64,000 nucleotides of DNA from Pseudovirgaria hyperparasitica (lineage: Eukaryota). Made by a program: the position numbers and the translations under genes. The DNA is taken from the NCBI GenBank assembly GCA_010093815.1, contig ML996566.1. One strand, given 5' to 3'. How positions within the stretch are numbered: position 1 is the first letter of the stretch; each line of letters begins with the position of its first letter. The notes beneath the pieces are model-generated. The model was given only the letters and a program-made list of their open reading frames with translations. It was not told where the DNA came from and did not search any database. Positions 59,861 through 64,000 of this stretch are shown here, piece after piece.

Positions 59861-62781
59861 GTCGACGTGGTGACTTGTCTCGGACAAGTATTAGATTTCA
59901 TTTCAGGCGCGAGGCAGGGAGCGAGTGCAGCATTTCAGGCGTTAATAGTAGCATGCATGACCTAGAAGGAGAAGGACGGCGGTCCGACAAGCGGGATGGT
60001 GGACGTGGAGGCAGGCATTATGCGGCTACGGAAGCAGCGCAGCGCACGATTGCGTTACGACCACGCGAACGAACGCCTGAATCGCGTAAGCTTTTGATAG
60101 GGTGCCTGAAGTTGCCAACCACAACCTATGGTAGGACGAAGCAGGTGTGCAAAAGGCAGAAACGGGCGAAGTCACGTAGTAGTACAGTAGCGACAAAAAT
60201 AGCAGCACGATCGAGATATACTTTCTCGCCTGAAGCCGAAAGGCTGAAAGACAGCCAGCTCCAGAAGCGGTCGGTGACAAGACATGCATGCAAGAGAAGC
60301 GATGGCGTAAAAGGGTGTTGTGTAAAGTGTAAAAGTCTAGGTTTCGAGGATGACAAAGAAGGTTTTGTTATGAGGCGTTGCAATCCCGTGTATTCCATTG
60401 GAGGTCAGGCGTAAACCGACCAGCAGTCCTCGACTCGACTCGACATATGAAGATTGTACGGTTCACAGAATCGCGGATGCGGGGGAGAGGGCGGTGCCAT
60501 GGGACGGTACTGTGTAGTAAGTACAATCGGAGAATTGGGCAGCGGATCGAAGGAATATATTGGGGAGCTTTGTTCCATGTTTTGGCGGCTCCTCTTCGAT
60601 CCATCATCCATACACAGACGTCGGAGGATAGCTGGGTAAGGGGACAGTACAGGACTGTTTTCTTGGCGAGGGAGCATTCTGCAACGTGGATGTGGGGAAC
60701 AGTGTCAGGGTCTTTGAGTCTTGAGTCTTTGAGCCACGCAACGGCAGCGTAACCCTCCAACGTCGACCCTTGTAGCAAGAATCTATATGGAACAGGTAAT
60801 TGTATGGAAGCCTATTGCGGTGGTCTGGAAGGTTGCGGGATGTTATGATGACGATGATTAGAGTTTACGGACTTGAAGGGCTAAAGTGAGTATTATTGTT
60901 ACTGTATAAGAATACCTTTCATTGAGGCATAGGGGAGGGCGGGAAGAGTAGCCAATACCAGCTAAATCGTCAGCTTAAGGTTAAGGGGGGTTCTGGGGGT
61001 GTATGACGGTGATGGTGACGGCAACGGTGACGATGGGCGGGCGCGGGTGATGGCAAACAGCGCTATGTTTCACCGCTGGCACTCTCCTGGCTCTTCTGGC
61101 TCTCCTGGCTGGAGAAAGGCTGGCGACCCTTGCATGATAAAAAGCCACCACAGTCCCTGTTGATCCAGATAGTTTGGCTTAGACTGCAAGTGATAATGCA
61201 CCAATCCTTCCCCCTGTTGTGCCCGCAACACTAGGGCTACACTACACTAAACACTCTCTTACACTGTAACCTACAATGCCAACGGTCAACCCCCTTCCAC
61301 TGCATTATTCTTCAGTACTTATGCATGCCCAACTAACTACCATGCGATACATGCAGGGACTGCGGCACGTAAAGAGTAAGAAAGACGCTTCTCCAGCTGA
61401 CCTCACCGTGCGTTGGCTAATCGATGCCATGCCGTGCCTTGGGTCCCATCCGAGGAGGTAGGTCTGCAGCTCATGTCTGTGTTTGGGCCTTGGCTGGGCT
61501 CGTGAGCGAGAGATGAGCATGTTCACGCGCTGTGAATGGACATGTTGGATTGAAGTGTAAGGTAGCATAATGATTGTAATAATTAATGCCAGCCATTGCG
61601 AGGTTACAACAACAACACTTTGAATCCTGCACTGACTGCTGCTTCCTTTGACATTGCCCATGCTGTTCCTCCCCGTCCTACTTCATCTGCCTCCACTCCC
61701 CCGGTCCGAAGAGCGAACGCGCCAAAAAGCATCGTCTATATCACCAGTTCACTGTGATCAAACCGCAAAGTGTGAACTAAATAAGTGACGGCAACCACTT
61801 GAAACGCCCAAATCGCCAGGCCACTGTCACTCGCCTCCAGCGAATCGTGCGCTAGTATTGACTCCTGTAACTCGTGTGCCCTCTATCCCCTGGTCTAGCG
61901 TGCTTCTTCTGTGCATACTCACCCGTCCACCCGTCCACCCACCCACTCTCTCTCCTTCGCCTGCGCCCGCCCTGACTGCCCTTGGCTGCCCTGACTTTTT
62001 TGCCCTGACTTGTCCTGACTGGCTCTGACCGTCTACCTTGTCCCAATCCATCGCATCCCCGTCCTTACACTAATTACTACCTACTGTCACAACCTCCTGT
62101 CGAACCTCCTCGCCCTCTCTCTCTCTCTCACCCTGTCCATTCATCCTCACTCTCTCTTCGACCTCACCCGCCCTTCCGCCCTCAATTCCATTCCGCAACA
62201 CCTTCAATTCGACTCCCGCGCCGCTCATTATACCCCACCGTCGTTCTTTCGCTGGCAGGAAACAGGAAACAGGAAACAACCGTCCTTCTAATCGCTCAAC
62301 CCGAAATCGCTCCCTTTTGTCACTCTCGACTTGACGCGCGAAATACCTACTATCCACATTCGTCCTCCTCATACCCTTCGAATCATACCTCTCGTCGCCA
62401 TTTCATCCGATCCTTTTCGTCGGGAGATCCTTACCTACCCCAATTGTTATCTTCATTTCCTCCGACTCGAACGTTGACCCGATCGTGGTCGGAGAATTGC
62501 TTGACAGGGCACGGCCGATGTATGGTCGTGATATGAAATAGATGGACTTTTGATACGGCTGCCGGATCCTGAACCAGCCTGCACTCTACTGCACTACTTT
62601 CGCTGATACCCAGTCGATTTTCCTACCTCATACTCGAACATTTCTCTCCATCTATGATGTTCCATTCATGATACACAAGAGCTTGCCATCCCATTGAGAT
62701 ACTAAAGATCCATCTAGCGTATCACACTCACTCTTCAATCAAAGTGCGCCCTTTGTTGGAGGTGTGTTCTTACACCAGACC

Positions 62782-64000
62782 ATGTCACTTCCGAAACCCC
62801 AGACAGAGCTCAAGGGCCAGTGCTCAGTGGTATACCAAAATACGTTGTTCGTCTATTCGCCTGATGCTTTCCAGTCGATAGAGCTGTCAGAAGGAGCAGC
62901 ATGGGCGTCTCTGGACAAGGGCACAAGCATCGCCGGAGCTCAATGTGTCAACGTTGTGTCTGCCGATAATCCTGACGCAGATGCGCTCTTCATAGTCGGA
63001 GGAAGGCCAATCGCAGAAGATATCATTACAGCATATCCCGGACTGCAGAGATACTCGTATAAGGATAAGAAGTGGGACTGGATACGGCCAGGAGATTGGG
63101 TCACCCAGAATCGACAGAACCATGGCGCCGCCTATCTGAACTCGACAAAGCAATTGCTAGTATACGCAGGCTCTCAGTCCGGCGATACTGGTCCATCCTC
63201 TGCCACCTTCCTAATATCTACGGAGCCTCCGTATGCGGTTTCGGCTACCAGCTCGTCTGCACCGCCCAGCGTGAATCCGATTCTTCTCCCTTGGAATGAT
63301 ACTACTACAATCGTCTTGGGCGGGAGTGAACAGAATAAAAATGTCTATACGTTCAGCTCTCCAGGTGGATGGCAAGAGCTTGGTGTCGATCTAGAGCAGG
63401 GTATCCACCAGGCGACTATGCAGACCACAGTCATTGCCGGTGACGATGGAAGCAAGGTGCTCGAAGTCTTTGATATGGGATCCACACCGAATGTTGTCAA
63501 ACGCGTCGTCCTGCTTGGCAAGGATGGCCAGGTCGCTCCTTTTGGACAAACAGTTGGCCCGCCACCGACAAGTCGGACGAAACGGCTAGATGTGAACAAT
63601 TGGCCGGAATACAACGCGACGTATGCGCCATCAACATCTCGTACCGGCTTTTCGGTTGCTTCTGCTCCGAATGGCTACGCGGTAATATCTGGCGGTAATG
63701 TTGATGATCCACTTTGCATCTTTGACCAACGACAGAATAGCTGGGTCAACGCGACTGCGCTATTTGCTGGTAGCCAAGTCATTGTTACTGGTGAACCTGA
63801 TCCGTCTACAACACCTACACCTTCTGCTATAGCAACTCCGACTTCGTCAGCCACCCCTTCGACGACTCCTGTAGTTGCGAGCGATGGCAAGGACCGAATG
63901 CTGACTGTACTTGGCGCCACTCTCGGCACTATCTTCGGAATCGCTGCTATTCTTCTCGTCATCCTGCTGCTGCTGCGATGGAAGCGACTGAAGAGGGAAC
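62782..64000 (+). CDS. Kelch/galactose-oxidase-like beta-propeller single-pass membrane protein (3' truncated; not listed in the ORF track)
   Basis: Open frame MSLPKPQTELKGQCSVVYQNTLFVYSP... with Kelch-like ALFIVGG, IVLGGS and AVISGG. S/T/P stalk; TM LTVLGATLGTIFGIAAILLVILLLL (63901-63975) followed by RWKRLKR. Confidence 0.8.
   Translation, partial: MSLPKPQTELKGQCSVVYQNTLFVYSPDAFQSIELSEGAAWASLDKGTSIAGAQCVNVVSADNPDADALFIVGGRPIAEDIITAYPGLQRYSYKDKKWDWIRPGDWVTQNRQNHGAAYLNSTKQLLVYAGSQSGDTGPSSATFLISTEPPYAVSATSSSAPPSVNPILLPWNDTTTIVLGGSEQNKNVYTFSSPGGWQELGVDLEQGIHQATMQTTVIAGDDGSKVLEVFDMGSTPNVVKRVVLLGKDGQVAPFGQTVGPPPTSRTKRLDVNNWPEYNATYAPSTSRTGFSVASAPNGYAVISGGNVDDPLCIFDQRQNSWVNATALFAGSQVIVTGEPDPSTTPTPSAIATPTSSATPSTTPVVASDGKDRMLTVLGATLGTIFGIAAILLVILLLLRWKRLKRE

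Noticed and set aside
59875..60778. ORFs of 124-179 aa downstream of PRP31
   Set aside because: Non-ATG starts, overlapping on both strands and no motifs; probably UTR or intergenic sequence.

Overview
Gene-dense genomic DNA from a filamentous ascomycete (Pezizomycotina, probably Dothideomycetes; short GT..CTRAY..YAG introns). It holds 24 protein-coding genes, mostly housekeeping: Nud1/Cdc11-type SIN scaffold, AIM9/APH-like phosphotransferase, PIF1-family helicase, GIM5, MRP20, RPP40, a Sir2/Hst1 sirtuin, an aldo-keto reductase, ERV29, SFH1, an AA12 PQQ-dependent dehydrogenase, an F-box protein, SEC13, PEX20, a Zn2Cys6 factor, a 2-hydroxyacid dehydrogenase, CLF1, PRP31, a Kelch-like membrane protein and several hypotheticals. 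The highlight is invisible in the ORF track. The AT-rich interval ~26.9-28.1 kb is a non-coding, multi-intron host gene carrying five box C/D snoRNAs (U45-like, snR41, snR70, snR51, and a 5.8S-A43/25S guide). At least two, possibly three, of its introns abut with no exon between them (YAG|GT). snR51 is itself interrupted by a nested 47-nt spliceosomal intron whose removal joins the 18S-A100 guide to box D. All calls were made by eye. rRNA target sequences and numbering (S. cerevisiae unless stated) are recalled, not computed.
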